64,000 nt of DNA from Geosiphon pyriformis uo1 (Eukaryota; Fungi; Glomeromycota). A program made the translations under genes and the position numbers. The notes under the pieces were generated by a model that worked only from the letters and a program-made list of their open reading frames with translations, did not search any database and was not told where the DNA came from. Below are positions 1 through 14,534 of the stretch, in pieces; within the stretch, counting starts at the first letter, position 1, and each line of letters begins with the position of its first letter. Location: contig JAAOMT010000441.1 in assembly GCA_016748015.1 (NCBI GenBank), forward strand, positions 248,001-312,000, given 5' to 3'.

Positions 1-3000
1 TACAAATTTTTTATCAACTTAATAACTACATAAATGTTTATGTTTCTTAATCTTACACAAAAAAAAGTCATAAAAAATCTTTTAAAAAAAAAGTTAAAAA
101 TTTTTGCTTTGGTCCAACTTATTATGTACATAATAACTTTTTAAAAGCCTAAAATCAGTTATAACTTTGTTAATTTTGTTCTGATATATGTTGCTAAAAA
201 AACCAATAAACTGTTCACATATTTTAACATGCTTTAAACTAGCTCTTAAATAATACTAACTAACTAAATTATATGTTTTATATATGTTTTGTAAAACCAA
301 TTACAATTTTCTATTTTTTTTTAAAGTATTTTTATCAATCAAACCAACCACAAATATTGGAAACCATGTTGATGTACTTTTTAATACCAAAAAATTATTT
401 TTATGAGAAGCATCAAATTTGCTGCACACAAAAAAAATCTGGTTTAAAAAAATCTTCAACAAAATTTTTCTGGCTGTCTTTATTAATGCTATTGGTTTAG
501 TATTAGTTAATCTATTATTTTATTTATAAGACTTTAAAATCATAGAAATTCAAGCTTTTTTCTATAAAACAGAAATTGTGTTAACATCTAAACAATAATT
601 TAAAAAGACTAAGAGACAATTTATAATCTCAAAACCACAATATTTCTACAATTTATTTGAAATATTAAACAAGCCAGCAGTCTTATTATTAAGTAATTTT
701 TTTATAATTAGATTAATACTTCCATGCTAATTTGTTTTATAATTTCAGAAAATATTTTATTCTTAATATAATTCAAAATTATGTATTAATAAGATCAAAA
801 ATTTGGCATTATCTTAAATACAAACTTTTTTTAGTTTAATTTTTTATTATTATATTCACTTTGTTTTTTATTATCTCAAATTCAAAATCAAATTTTTATC
901 AACTAACAAATAATCTAAAACCACTTTTCAAAAAAGTTTTTCTAAAATACTTCTAATTATTCAACTTTGGTTTATACAAAAGTCTTCTATTTTTTATTAA
1001 TTGTATTCCTAATTATAGTTGTCTTTACAGCTTTAAATTTTTGATATTTGAATGTCTGATATTTCTTGTTTATTTTTAACAAATAAAAAAAGATTTTTTT
1101 ATTTTTTGTTTCATATTTAATTAGAGAAAACAATTCAGTAAATTTATTAGTATTCAATCTTGATCAAATCTGCTTAAAATAGTTAAAATTGCCAATATTT
1201 TCTAAAAAAAAGTCTTAACAATCTTTGAAACCAAAACTTCCAATCTGCAAAATCTTGAAAATTGCTTATTCTTAAAATTACCAAAATTTTTAAACCAATT
1301 CTTAAAAAAAATCTGGTTTGTCAATTCAATTATTACTATTCTTAGAAAATTTTATATTATATTCAAATTGTCTTGTCTTTTTGAATTTTGGAACTTGTTA
1401 AATATACAAAACATCCTCTCTAATAAGCATTTTTTAAACTGGATTTATTTTGAATTATTTGCATTTTTAAAGCCAAAATTTTATCAATTTTTATTAGTGT
1501 GTTTTTGAATAATATTTAAATATTTGTTCAAAAAGCTATCTAAACCAAAAAAATTACAACAGCTAAATAATCAGTATTAAAGAAATCAAAAACATAAATA
1601 ACTTTAAATTATCTGATAAAGAATTGTACAAATCCAAATCAAAACATTTTTTGAAACTTATACTTTATTTCACATTATTTTCATTGAAATTATCTTTTAA
1701 TATCACATAAAAACTTGAATTAACTGTTTTAAAAATACAAAAGTTTATTTTAAAGACTTAATCAAATTACATATTAGCTAAAGCTTTAATATACAGACCT
1801 AAAACTATAATTAAAAGCTTGTTGTTAAACAACAAACAAATTAAAAAAAAGCAATTTAGGATCTCAAAGACTTTATATATATGCTAAGCAAAAGTATTCA
1901 TTATTATAATCATTTTTAAACTCAAATAACCAGAATTTAAACTGAAAACAAAAATCTCCAAACCTAAAAATTTGTTTTTGATTCAAGATTTAACTTGTTT
2001 TTTTAACTTTGTTTTAGTAATTATAGAAACCAAATTGCCAAATTTAGTATGTCATTTGATAATATTTTTTTGTTTAACTGTATTGTTTATTCTTTTAATA
2101 TTATATGTTGTAAATTTTTAGATAAAATTAGTTATTAAGATAAAAAAATCATTATAAAACTCAAACTAATACATAATTGATTCAATATTGCCAAAACTAA
2201 ACTAAAAATACTCTTAAAAACAACTATTTTTGATTTTAGTCTGTCTATTTTCGTTGTCAAAATCTTAAAACTGTTTAAACTCTGATTCAAAATCTTAGTT
2301 ATTATTAATAAAAAAAACAGAGACAAATCTTAAAAATTATTTATAATTATATTTAAATTCAAATTTAGATTTAATATTATTGAAAAAACCAGAACAAAAA
2401 ACTGAAAAATAGAAGCCAAATGTATTAAATTTATGTTACTTAGTTTGTATATAATATTAGATATTTGTTTAGTTAACAATTTTAATGAATGTTCTAACAA
2501 AATCAAGTAAGCTTTAATAAATAAAACATTTTAAAAAAAATAAAAAGCTTTAATATTATACAAAACACCAGAGAAAAAAGAATCAAATTTAAAATCAGAG
2601 AAAGTATTTTTAAGAAAAAAAGTCAGCAAAACCACTTAGATTTATGATTTGTTATTAAATATAGCAGAACATAAAAAAAAATACTTTTTTTGGCATATAA
2701 CTTGACTAATTAAAGGCAATTTTTATTTAAAATAATTTTTTTTTATAAATCTTTAAAAATAAATAAGTAAAACACTAAGTATATTATATTTTAAAGCAAA
2801 ATATTCAAAAAATCCATATTTTTCATATTTAATCAAATTTAATCTAGTCTAAAAAAACTTTATGCCACCAAAAATTGGCTTTGTGTAAAAAGCTAATTTC
2901 AATTTATCTTCTAATCTAAAACCAATTATAGTACAACAAACTCTATTATTGGTTTTAAATAACTAATTAATAATACAAGTTTTTTTACTAATTTTTTCTA
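1..3000 (+). pseudogene. Very degraded non-LTR (LINE-like) ORF2/RT remnant
   Basis: Faint motif remnants in RT order: NFLKA*NQ (~135, DxxKAFD-like), FSIFF*SIFIN (~305, SPLLWxIF-like), FISIQ...IAN...FET...NLQ (~1140-1255). Extremely AT-rich; boundaries approximate. Confidence 0.3.
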
Positions 3001-3571
3001 ATAAAATATTTAGATTATAAGCTGTTGTTTCTATAAATAAGATAAAAAAAAGTGCTCTAAAATAATTTTTCAACATTTAAATATTATGAATTTTCACAGT
3101 TTTTGCTATATATACAGAATTTTTTCCAATTAAAAATAATTATTTAGCTACTAACTAATTTGTTTAAACCAATTTGGCAAATTTTACTATAGTTTTTTAC
3201 TACAATTTAATTAATTGTAATCAGATTAATACTATTTGATTATACTTAGCTACTACAATAACAATTATTTTTTTTAATATGTTTATGAAAATTTTTTTAA
3301 TCATCATAATTTGATCTGAATAGAATTTTTGTTTTTTAAAATTATTGTTTATAATAATAATTTTTTTTAAATAATAATACAGCTTTTTTTATGCTTTCTT
3401 TAGATATAAACATAAATTCAATAATTTTTTTAAATTTTGAAAGAATAATGATTCCTTCAAAATTATTGATAGTTAAAAAAATTTTCTGATAATTTGAGTT
3501 TTTGCTGTTGCCAATTTGTTATCTACTGCTAAAAAATTGATATTCAATATAAAAAAATTTTTAATAATTAT

Positions 3572-4519
3572 TGTTATCAAAGGTTTTTGATCTCTTTTAT
3601 AGAATATTGTTAATATTTGTTTGCTGTAAATTTATGTTTATTAGAAGCTATTAAATCTTTAATAACTGAATTTATCTTCAAATTATTTTCTATAATTTAA
3701 ACTGCTAGACTTATAAATAGAAAGGCCAATTTTATGCCAGTTACTTTATATAGTTATATTGTAGTAAATATCAACTCTTTTTCAAAAATTGCTTATCTGA
3801 AAGCTCATTAAAATGTGTAATTACTTTGCTGAAAAAGTCAACTCTTCTACAAAAATCTCATTTTTAGACTATTTTAATAATTATAATAAAAAAAATAAAA
3901 GAAAATAAAAGAAATATAAAAGAAATAAAATTTTGTTAAAGTAATTATTTTTTGATTTAGATTTGAAGTTACTAACAGATTATTGAAATTGGTAGCTAAT
4001 CAATTTCAAAAATGTTAATTAAATTTTGGGAAATTTTAAGTGTAAATAGTTAAGAAATTTTGATTTTTAAGTATTTGGTGTTTTTATTACTTTGTGAAAA
4101 GCTAATTAATATGAATTAAAATGATTCTAAGTAAGATAAGATAAGATATTTTTTCAAAAAAAGAAGCTTTTTTTTATACAATTTGTTGTAGTATTAGTTT
4201 ATGAATTTGAACTTTTATTTTTGTTATGCTTTTAATAAACTAAAAATATATTTTGATAAATTACAAGTTATTTTGATAAATTATTAACTATTTTGGTGAA
4301 TTTTTACAAATTTTTGAATGTTATATAGTTTAAAATATTGTGTAATTTAATTATTCTAATTTCTATTGTATAAATTAAGTTATTAATTAAATAATTATAT
4401 TCAATAATTTGATTAAATAATAAGTGATAATTTGAAATAATATTAATATATACTAATTAATAATAGGAATTATAAGAGTAATTTTATGCTAATTAATAGT
4501 TAAAATTTTACTGGTAATA
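3572..4519 (-). repeat. 3' LTR of A1
   Basis: Homologous to the A2 LTR and to 22356-22665. Decayed TGTTA/TAACA ends; PPT complement (ctcttcctt) at ~4524-4532. Confidence 0.85.
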
Positions 4520-5215
4520 TAATCTCTTCCTTAAGACTAAGTTCTATTAAAGTTCAAGTATTATCTGTAATATTGAGATAGTAATCTAAAATAATTATGG
4601 TAATTTGGTCTGAAAATTGTTGAAATTTCAGTTTTGTAAGTTTGCCAATATATTGAATCTTTATTAGTTAGAGTATTGGATTTTGTAGAATATTTTTACA
4701 AATATTAAATAAGTCATAAAGTCTAAATGCTTTTCTAAGTTTATAGCAAGCATTTGTTGATTTAGCTACTGTTTTAAATTTATTGTAAATTTGTTTTTGT
4801 ATAACTTTAAGAGTGAGATTTGTTGGTACAAGTTCTAATTTTCGTTTATAATGTGTTCTTTCAATATAAAAATATCTATATATAAAGATATGTTCATTAT
4901 TCTGTATATTAAGATACTATAAAAGTTTTTGTTGTGTTGTAATATTTGGTAAAATGTTAATAGAAGCAAATAATAGATTTTCTTTTAAAGTTTGCTTCAA
5001 AAGTTCTGGTAATTAATTTCCAGAATAATTTTTTGTGTTTCTTTTATAAGAATAATACTTCTGAGAATTATTTACTACTGGTATTATAGTTTCTTTTTGG
5101 GTGTAATTAATTTGATTTTTATTAATTATTATAGATAAGTTAAGAAGTGTTTTCAAAGCTAACATTAATTTTTGGAATATTTGTTGAATATTTCGTGAAA
5201 TAATTATAATGAAAT
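4520..5215 (-). pseudogene. ORF3 of A1 (unknown function)
   Basis: Homologous to 57845-58573 (YRYFYIE.T.Y.RKLEL). Boundaries approximate. Confidence 0.75.
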
Positions 5216-5389
5216 AATAAAGTTGGAAATGAAATTTGAAAATGATTTAAAAGAAAAATATATTTTCGAAAGGATTTAAAAGAAAATATGAAAAAACATA
5301 ATTGAGTATTAGGTTTTTATATATTTTTGGTTTTTGGGTTTTTTTGTAATTATTTACTATTTTTGTTTTATGTTTATGTATTTTAATAT

Positions 5390-6755
5390 TAAATTAAATA
5401 TTTAGTTTTGGTTGCTGTTTTATTATAACTATTGGTTCTAAGTTTTGGAAAATATCTTTAGAATTAATTAAATAAAAATGTATACTAATTTGTGGAATTA
5501 ATGGTTTAAGATTGTTTTTAAAATGATAATATTTCAATTAATCTTTATGTACAACTTTTGTTAGAACTTTGTCATCAAGTTTTAATTTGTATAATCTATT
5601 GTCTAGAATTTCATAAATATAAAATAGTTTATCTTATTTATGTTTAAATTTTTCATTTTATTGTTTTTTAGTTTTAGTTCTGTGTAAGAAAACTTTATTT
5701 TTAACTTTAAACTTATTAGTAATTAGTGGCAATTTGTTGTTATGCTATTCTTTTTATTGAGCTTGAAAGTGTTCAATATGGGTGGCTGTTATTCATTGTT
5801 TTTTTCTAAAATATTAAGAAGGATATAGGCTCTTTGTTGAAATGTTTCTTTATTAATTGGTTGTACAGAATATGTTTTCACAGTAAAATTAATTAGTAAT
5901 GTTGCTGTTTTTTTGTAAGTTAAATTAAAGAGTATTTGTTTCATGGTATCTTGTTTTAGTGTTCTATATACTAGTAACACTAATAGAATAAAAATATCTC
6001 ATTCCTACTCAAAATTGTTTAAGATTTTGGTTAATGATTTATATAGTATTCAATTAAATTGTTCTATAAGTCTATTTGTTTGTGAGTGGTAAAATAATAA
6101 TAAAGATCTCTTGATATTAAATTGTTTACAAATTTTTTGTATTATATTGTTTACAAAATGTGTTTTTTAATCAAATAAAAATTCAATTGAGTATTTATGT
6201 CCACAAATGATCTCTTTATAGATAAAATTTATTATTGATTTTGCATCTGTTTTTCAGATAGCTTTGGCTTTAGGCCATTTTGTAAAATAGTTTACAGCAA
6301 CTACAATGTATTAGTTTTTTTAAGTAGTAATTAATAATAATCTAACTAAATCAATTTCTACTTTGTTAAAAAATTGTCCAACTTTGATTGAATTTAAAAG
6401 TTTAGTGGATTAAATTCCTCCTTTTTTCTAACAACTATTATATAATTTTATATATTATTGAATGTTTTAGTACATGTAAAGCCAAAAATAATGTTCTAAT
6501 GTTCTCTGTATTATACTGTTTTTTTCTTAGATGTTTTGATGAAAGATTTGTGTACATGTTATATAAGATTGTTTCTTTTTTATTTTGTTGAATTAATTTA
6601 AGTAGATTTGTTAAGTTTTGACAATTTCGATAATAAATTTTGTTGTAGTGCAAAAAATATTATTTAAATTGGTATTTCTTAGCTAAAAACCAATTTTCTG
6701 GTATTTTAAGAGTCTTTAGATAGTTTTTAATGTTGTTGTAATTTTTAAAATCTAT
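5390..6755 (-). pseudogene. Integrase ORF of A1
   Basis: ORF-track fragments (YRTLKQDT, TILYNMY) match A2 integrase. Confidence 0.85.
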
Positions 6756-6802
6756 TTTTATTTGTTAACTTTTGTTGAGTTGGTGGTTTATTGGTGTTGA
6801 TT

Positions 6803-9800
6803 CTAATTTTGCCTTATTCTGGAAAGACTATCTACATTTGTATGTAATTTGTCTGGTTTATAGTAAACAATATATTTGTAGTTTGTTAAAAAATTAGATC
6901 ATTAGAATTTTTTGGCACTAAGTTCAGAATTTTTCTTGTTAAGTTATTTAAGACCAATAATATTTATAATAATGTCAAATTGGAATTCATTTTGGAAATA
7001 TTGTTAAAAGTGTTTCAGAGTCCAAATAATGGCTGCTGTTTCTAATTTAATAAACCTATATTTGAATTCAGTTGGTTTAAGAGTTTTACTAACATAGGCA
7101 ATTATTTGTTTATTGTTATTGTTATCTAATTATAATAAAATAACACCAAAAACTATGTGTAAAGCATCAATGACTAACTGAAATCTTTTACTAAAATCTG
7201 AATAGACAAAAATTGGTGCTGTAATAAGTTTTTCTTTAAAAGTATTAAATGCTTATTGTTGAATTTATTAATATTTTACATTTTTGTTAATCAAATGGTT
7301 AAGTAGTTTAGCAATTTTGGAAAATTTTTTAATGAAATTTTGGTAATAGGAAGCTAATTTTACAAATTTTTTTAGTTTTATAGAATTTCAGAAAACTTGA
7401 AAATTTTTAACAGCACTAATTATTTCTAAAATGGATTGAACTCTATTTTTGCTAATAATATGTCCAAAAAAGATCAAATTTGTTTTTCTAAAATGACATT
7501 TTTCAATGTTCAATTTTAATCCTGCTTTTTGTAATCATTGAAAAACTTCTTACAGGTAGATCAAATAGACTTTAAAACTTAGAAAATATATATTAGTATT
7601 ATCTAGATAAATAACTACTAATTGTCATAAAAGTTTTTTATAAACAACATCTATAAGTCTTTGGAATGTTGTTAATATATTACAAAGTTTAAAAGACATT
7701 ATGTTAAACTTGTAATTTTCTTTTTGAATAGTAAATACTGTTTTGAGTCAGTTTTTGGAATCTATTTTAACTTGTTAATATTCACTTTTCAAGCCTAAAA
7801 TTGAAAAAAACTTGGCTTTTTCCAGAGTATTTAGCATGTTGTTAATTCTTGATAGTAGATAGACATCTTTAATTATAATACTATTCAATTGTTAATAGTC
7901 TACACAAAATCTGATTTTGCCATTTTTTTTTTCATAAAGACTACTAGTAAGACCCAAGAGCTTTTTGATGGTTGGATAAAACTATTATTAAGCATTCATT
8001 AAACTTTCTCTTTAATGAATTAGTGGTTAACAGATAGAACTTAATAGGCTTGTTGTCATTTTAGTAGAGCATCTTTTATATAGATCTAATGCTATACAAT
8101 ATTAGTTTTTCCAAGATCATTATTATTTTTGGCAAATATATTAACATATTCAGCAATTAACTGTTTTAATTGTCTTTGTTATTGGATATTAAGGAACTTA
8201 TGTTGATTTAAGAGAGTTTTTTCTTAAAACATAGTAGTTTTTAATAATAAAAATGATATTTATGTTTAAAAATAAAATATGTCTTACAATTTCGATAAAA
8301 TTAAAAACAATCTGAGAAGTTTTATCTTGGAAGATATTGCTATATATAATTTCAATTTCTAATTTATTTAATAAAACAATAAAGTAGTTGTTAAGATTAT
8401 AGAATATAACTTGAAATTTCTTTTTTTTTTTTGAATATAAACATTTAAAATTGAAATTTTATGTTTTAAACAAATTTGTTTATTTGACTCAAAAATTTAT
8501 TGGGTGGTAATAGATTTTAAACAAGTGTAAATTACATGATGTTCTTCAAAAAATAAAATGATAATTGGTTGTAAAAGTTGAAAAATCTAATAAGATTTGT
8601 TTTGTGTATTAAAAGCTATATTTACTGGAACTGTGAATTGTTCAGTTAAACCAAAACTTTGGGTTTTTTTTCACTTTTTTTTAATTGTTCTCTGTTGTTG
8701 ACTAATTGTAAACCCAAAATATTTATTAAGAATAGGTAGATTGCTTGAGTAATTTTTTTAGTATACTCAATTTTGAATGGTTTATTAGTTTTGTTTTATA
8801 ACAAAATTGTGATGTCTCTGGTGTATTTTACATTTATAATCTCTCTTCTAACATTAATTTTTTGCTTGCCAATAATAATTGAAAAGCAATTTGAATTATT
8901 GCTCTTGGTAGAATTTTGAGAGCAATTTTCAGGTTGATTTTTGTTAAGCATTTTGGTTAGAGAACCAGAGTATTTTTTTCTGGATATTATAGATCATATT
9001 CAGCATCTATTTTGTAAGTTTTTTTAGGTCTTATTCCTTGTTTATTGTTGTCAAAATATTGAAGTTGTATGGCAAATTGATTTTTAATAAGATAGATTAG
9101 ATTTGTTACAACTTTTTTTTTGGTTCAGATATTTCAAATTTAATTTCATATTCATCATTTTTATTGAGCAAAGAAATACTAATTATATAGCATTCTGGAT
9201 ACTATTGGTTATTACAAAACATGGTATATTCTTTGCATAATTAAATGTTCATTTGCTCTAATTGTTAAATTTGAGCTTCTTTAGTTGAGTAAGCATGATT
9301 TGTAATTTAGTAGTATATTTCTACTTTATCTTTGTAATTGAATTCAGCTAATTCTATTGTATATTTAATGTACTCTGCTTCTTTCATCTGGCATACATCT
9401 TCTTGGGTTCTTCTATTGATTAAAATTATGGTTAGTTTATAGATTATTTTAATATCATGTGAGTAATAATAGAGTTTGTTAAAAGTATTGTTATATGCTA
9501 CATTAAAAAAAGTTCTTTTTTTTATTTTTTCTGCAATTGAAAGTACATATTAACAAATTTGATTACAGATTTTTTCTCTCATTGCAATATTAATCTAGTT
9601 GTATTTTTTTAGTAATATTTCTTCACATATAAAACAAAGAATATTGTCCTATTTTTTACTTTGTTTGAGATATTTAAATTGTTTTTTATGACATGTTTTG
9701 CAAAAATAGCAGATATATGTTTCATATTTTTCTTCTAAAAATATGTATGCTCTTATTGATAAAAGCTTTTTGTTGTAGTCTTTATATTTAAATGGAATAT

Positions 9801-11563
9801 AAAGTGATTGTTTTTGTGGTTTTGGTGTAGAATACCAAACAATGTTCTATCCTCTGGTTTTTTTAAAAATTTAAATACTGGGGCTTTTTCTAATCATTTG
9901 TTAAAAGTACCATATGTAGCAGATACTCAGATATATTGTTCTTAATATAAAATCTTTAATTTTTGTGTTTTCTAGTCCAAATTTGCATTGGCTTTAAGAA
10001 GCCAATTATTTTTAACAAGAGCTTAATATTAGAGTGTATTTATAACAAAAACTTTAATTAGAATAGTAATTTCGTCAATAGTAAAAGAAAAGTTGTCAAT
10101 TTTTCTTATTAAGATCTTATTCATACCATTTGTGATAACAATAACTGTTTGGACAGATCTGTTAACAGTTTGTTGAAGCTGTTGTATTAGTTGGTAAGTA
10201 ATAATACTATTAGCAAATTCACTGTCTAAAATTAATCAAATTGGTTTTCTTTTAATTTTAGCTTCTGTATATATTACTGTAATTGCTTTTTGCTTATTGA
10301 TTGCTATATTACTAAGTAGAAATGGTGATTCATTGGCTTCAAATTTAAATGAGAATATATTTGAGAGGTTGGTATTTTGAGCAATTCTGGCTGGCAAAAT
10401 TGTATTACTAAAAGAGTTTTGTCTTGGTATTGTAGTTTTACCTTCAAAAAATACAGTTTGTTAAAAATCCGATTTTTCTGGTATTGTGAGATAACTAAAT
10501 TGAATATAGTAATGTATGGATTTTTGTTAAGCTGGATTTTAAAAAATTAATTGGTTGTTAGGATTGAATTAATTATTGTTAAAAAACCAATTTTGTAGTA
10601 TAAATTGGTTTTGCTAGATTAATTGTTAAGCAGGTATTTGATATTACTGAGCAAGTAGTTGTTAATACTGTTGTTGAATGGATTATAAAACAGATTGATA
10701 GTAATTATTCTGGTATTGGAATCTTGGTAAATAATAAACTGGTAAAAGTGATTAATAATATAATTGCTAAGATTAAAAATAATATTAATTATTTCTTTGT
10801 TGTTGGTCTTATTGTATTTTTTGGCAATTTTATTTCCAGTGTCCAAAAATTCCACAAAAGTAACAGCTTTAAGATTGGTTGTTTGGTAATAATGTGTAGT
10901 TATTTTAATTGTGTTATTGGAATGGTTAATATTTTTGTTGTTGATTAGTAAAGTAATTCTTAATTTTTTTGGTTAATTAGTCAATTTTCTCTTTAACTGT
11001 TAAGCTGGTTTTTCCAATTGCAAGATTTACAAGTTTAGTGCAGTTAGTTTTTTTTATTGTCATTTTATAGGCTTTAATATGTTAAATAATAGTGGCTAAA
11101 TTTTTTGAAGCATGTGGTCAAACTTTTTTAATAAGTTTGTTTTTTAATTCTACAATAAACTGATCCAAAATCTAGGTATTAGAGTAATAGTTATTAGTTT
11201 CTAATTGTCAAATTTATTGGAAAAGTTTATTGAATCTTCTAAGATAGATTATAACAGTTTTGAATAATTTTTATTTAATATTACAAAAGCAATTTCAAAG
11301 AGTAATAAAGATGTTGTTGTTAATAAATTATTTTAAAAAAGCATTTTTAAATAATTACCAGTTTTCAAAAAGTTTGGTCAAGTTTTCAAACCATTCTTCT
11401 ATTGTTCTTTAAAGAAAGTATAATATTGCTTTTAATATTCTTGTTGTATTTTATCTATTTGTATTTTCTGTTTTCTGGATTTTGTCAAGTTATTCTTGTA
11501 AACTGGTGTTAGCATCTTTTCCTGTAAATTCAATAATTTTTGTGATATAAATGGTTGCCATGT
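6803..11563 (-). pseudogene. A1 Gag-PR-Cys-rich-dUTPase-RT-RH polyprotein (N-extension continues at 21598-22310)
   Basis: DAEYDL dUTPase motif ~8990-9010, VIYLDN RT motif ~7600-7615, RH end DSLSRIRQN* at 6803. Confidence 0.85.
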
Positions 11564-12422
11564 TGTTACAAGTGATTATTTGGGGTCTCAAAGCAAATAA
11601 CAAATCCATAAGTTGGTGCTCAATTAATATAATGATGTTAATTTCTGAAGATGTTATGGATCTGAAGATTTTGGTTAAGTTCTTTATATAATAGACAGAA
11701 ATTCACTATGGTTGGTTTTGGTTAATTTCTCAAGTCATTTTCCCAATTTCTGTCTTTAGCATAATGGCCAGTTTAATCTGGCAGTCGTGCCCTTCTGGTA
11801 AGCTATCCATTTAATATATATAATTTTACTCTTATTTCTGGGTCTTTTACCAGGCTATTTGTGACATCAATAACTCACCACTTTAATTTTTAAATCAATT
11901 AGTACACAACAACAAAAAAAAAGAAAGAAAAGAAAAGAAAATAAAAAAGTTAAGCCAAGGCAATAAATGTTAGTATCTCATTAATAGTTGTGATTAAGAG
12001 CTATTGTTCCAGTATGGTCAAGTATTAATTACTATCAACATGAAGCATTGATAGTAGAAAGTAGATTTAAGATAGTAAATAATTATTTATTTAATATTTG
12101 TGATGTAGAAGGTTGCTTAAATAAAATCTAAACTGAGAGGTCTGTTTTTTCTTCTTCTAATGCTACTGCTATATATACATAATTAAGATTCTTCAATTCC
12201 TTAATTCTTTACATCAAGAATCCTGGAATTCCTGGAATCCTGCAGTTCCTTTTGAGAAGAATCCTGAAATTCTGGAATTCTGCAATTTCTTATATGAAAA
12301 TCATGAAATTTCTGGAATTCTGCAATTCTTTTGAGAGGAATTCTGAAATTCCATATTTATTATGACTACTTTTGATTGGCTAATTTATATGCTAATATAC
12401 TTTTTATATTCTATAAGTAATA
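11564..12422 (-). repeat. 3' LTR of B1
   Basis: Direct repeat of 20740-21597; followed on + by PPT complement ttccctcctttt (12426-12437). Confidence 0.95.
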
Positions 12423-12435
12423 TTATTCCCTCCTT

Positions 12436-13098
12436 TTAATATTAAACTCTGTTGAGATCTCCTAATTCTAATTCTCTATTTTTGAGTATTTCTTAAACTT
12501 TTTTTTCAAGAATTACTTGTGTTATCTTGTTTTGTAATTTTTCAAATTGAGCATTGATTATTTTTTCCATTTGGTTAATGATAATAGAATCCATTTCTGG
12601 ATTGAGTAATATTTTAGATCAGTCTTGAAATCAGACTTGTAGTCAATAAATAGTTCATGCTTATGTAGTTAGATTGTTTTTTTCCACAAATTGTTCCAGT
12701 TTTTGTAGTATTTCTGTGTCAAATAATCACTTTGTCTTATCTGTATATAAGTTTTGAATATTCAAATATTGTCCTAAGTGAAAGTAACAAAAGTTTTTTG
12801 GAAATTGTTGTGTCTACCAATTCCATATTTCTATTGTCAATTCTTGATATTGGGTGACTTTTGGTTGTGTTTCTATCGCCAATTTCACTTTTGTAATTAT
12901 TTTGTCAATAGTGTTTTCTGTTTTTCTCCATATTTTATTTTGTGATCTCTTTTTGGTGTTTTTTTTGTATCTAATAATTTGTTAATTAATTGGAATTTTC
13001 ATCTCTTGTTGCTGGATCAGTTGAAAAAATTATTGTACTAGTGAGTGAATGTTGTCAGTAATTTCAATTTTTCTGATACTTTTTGCCACATCTATCAC
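12436..13098 (-). pseudogene. ORF3 of B1 (unknown function)
   Basis: Homologous to C1/E1 ORF3 (CYFHLGQ motif); 221 codons with stops. Confidence 0.8.
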
Positions 13099-13122
13099 GT
13101 CTTTATATATTTTTTTGGTTGA

Positions 13123-14504
13123 TCAATTTAATGTGTTTGTGTCAATGATGATAATTGGTTTTAGATCTTATAGAATTTCATCTGGTCAGACTAATATTCT
13201 CTGTATTTTTAACTGTAAAATATTACTGGTAAATGATAATATTGTATGGTGATATGATTTTAGTCAATCACTATATGCTGCTTTGACTAAAATTTTGTTG
13301 TCCCATTTTAATTTATAAGCTCTATTTTCAAGAATTTCTTCTATGTGAAATGGTCTATCTTATTTGGGATCAAATTTTCTACTCCATTGTTTTTTTGCTT
13401 TGGTATAATGTAGAAATATTTTGTTTCTAATCCTGAATTTGACTGTTTTATCTGGTAATTGGTTATTATGTCTTTTTTTTTGTTTTTCTTGTAACTTTTG
13501 GATGTTATCAGCTGCTCTTTGTCATTTGTTTTCTAATGTCTCTATTAAGTTATATGTTTTTCTTAGCAATATTTCTTAAAAATTGTCTTTAGCTATTGGT
13601 TCTGTTGGATATGTGTTAACTTTTATCTCAATTGGTAATGTTGCTGTTCTACTATATACTAATTCAAATAGTGCTGTTTGTATAGTGTCTTGCTTTATTG
13701 TCTAATAAGCAAATAGTACTGATGGTATAAACAAATTCCATTCATCTTGATTTTCTTGGCTGATTTTGGCAATTGCTTTACATAATGTTCTGTTAAACCT
13801 TTCAACTAACTTATTTATTTGTGAATAATATGATGATAATAATGGTTTTTTGATTCCAAATCTTTGACTTAATTCTGTTAGTGTTCTGTTTACAAAATGA
13901 GTTCCTTGATCTAATAATAGTTTTTTTGAACATCCATGTTGACAAATTAGATCTTGATGAATGAATTTGACAATGGATTTTGCATCTACTCTTTGAATGA
14001 CTTTTGCTTCTGGCCATTTTGTAAAATAATCTATGACTACTACAATATATCTGTTTTCTTTGCTAGTTATTGTCAATGATCTGACTAAATTGATTCTAAT
14101 GTGATTAAATGGTTGTTCTACTTTAATTGGTCTCAATGACTTACTGAATTTTGTTCTTTTTCTTCTTTGACAAGCATTACAACTTTGAATATATTAAATG
14201 ATGTCTGGATACATGAATAGCCAATAGTATTTTTTTCTGATTTTTTCTAAGGTTGCTTCTTTATGAAAATGTCTTGTTGTTAGATCTGAGTATATATTGA
14301 ATAGTATTGTTTTTTTCTTAGGTTTTGTGATTACTCTGGTTGGTTGATCTGAATTCTTTCTGTTTTTTGATAAAGTATATCTTGGTGAATAATAAAATAT
14401 TTGAATTGTTGTTTAATATGACTTTGTTTTTTTGAAGATAATTTTTTCTTAAACTGTTAGGTATTAATATAATGTTAGAGTTGTTAGTATTTTTGGATAT
14501 TCAT
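13123..14504 (-). pseudogene. Integrase ORF of B1
   Basis: Own ATG (MNIQKY); core VIDYFTKWPE...DQG...VERFN in ORF 13702-14136. Confidence 0.9.
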
Positions 14505-14534
14505 CTTTTGTTATATTTTTGGGTTGAAATGTTT

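Noticed and set aside
3000-3571. Possible gene or element between the LINE remnant and A1
   Set aside because: Too degraded and AT-rich to support any call.
12185-12352. Regularly spaced palindromic repeats resembling a CRISPR array
   Set aside because: No unique spacers and no cas genes; present in each LTR as a U3 tandem array.
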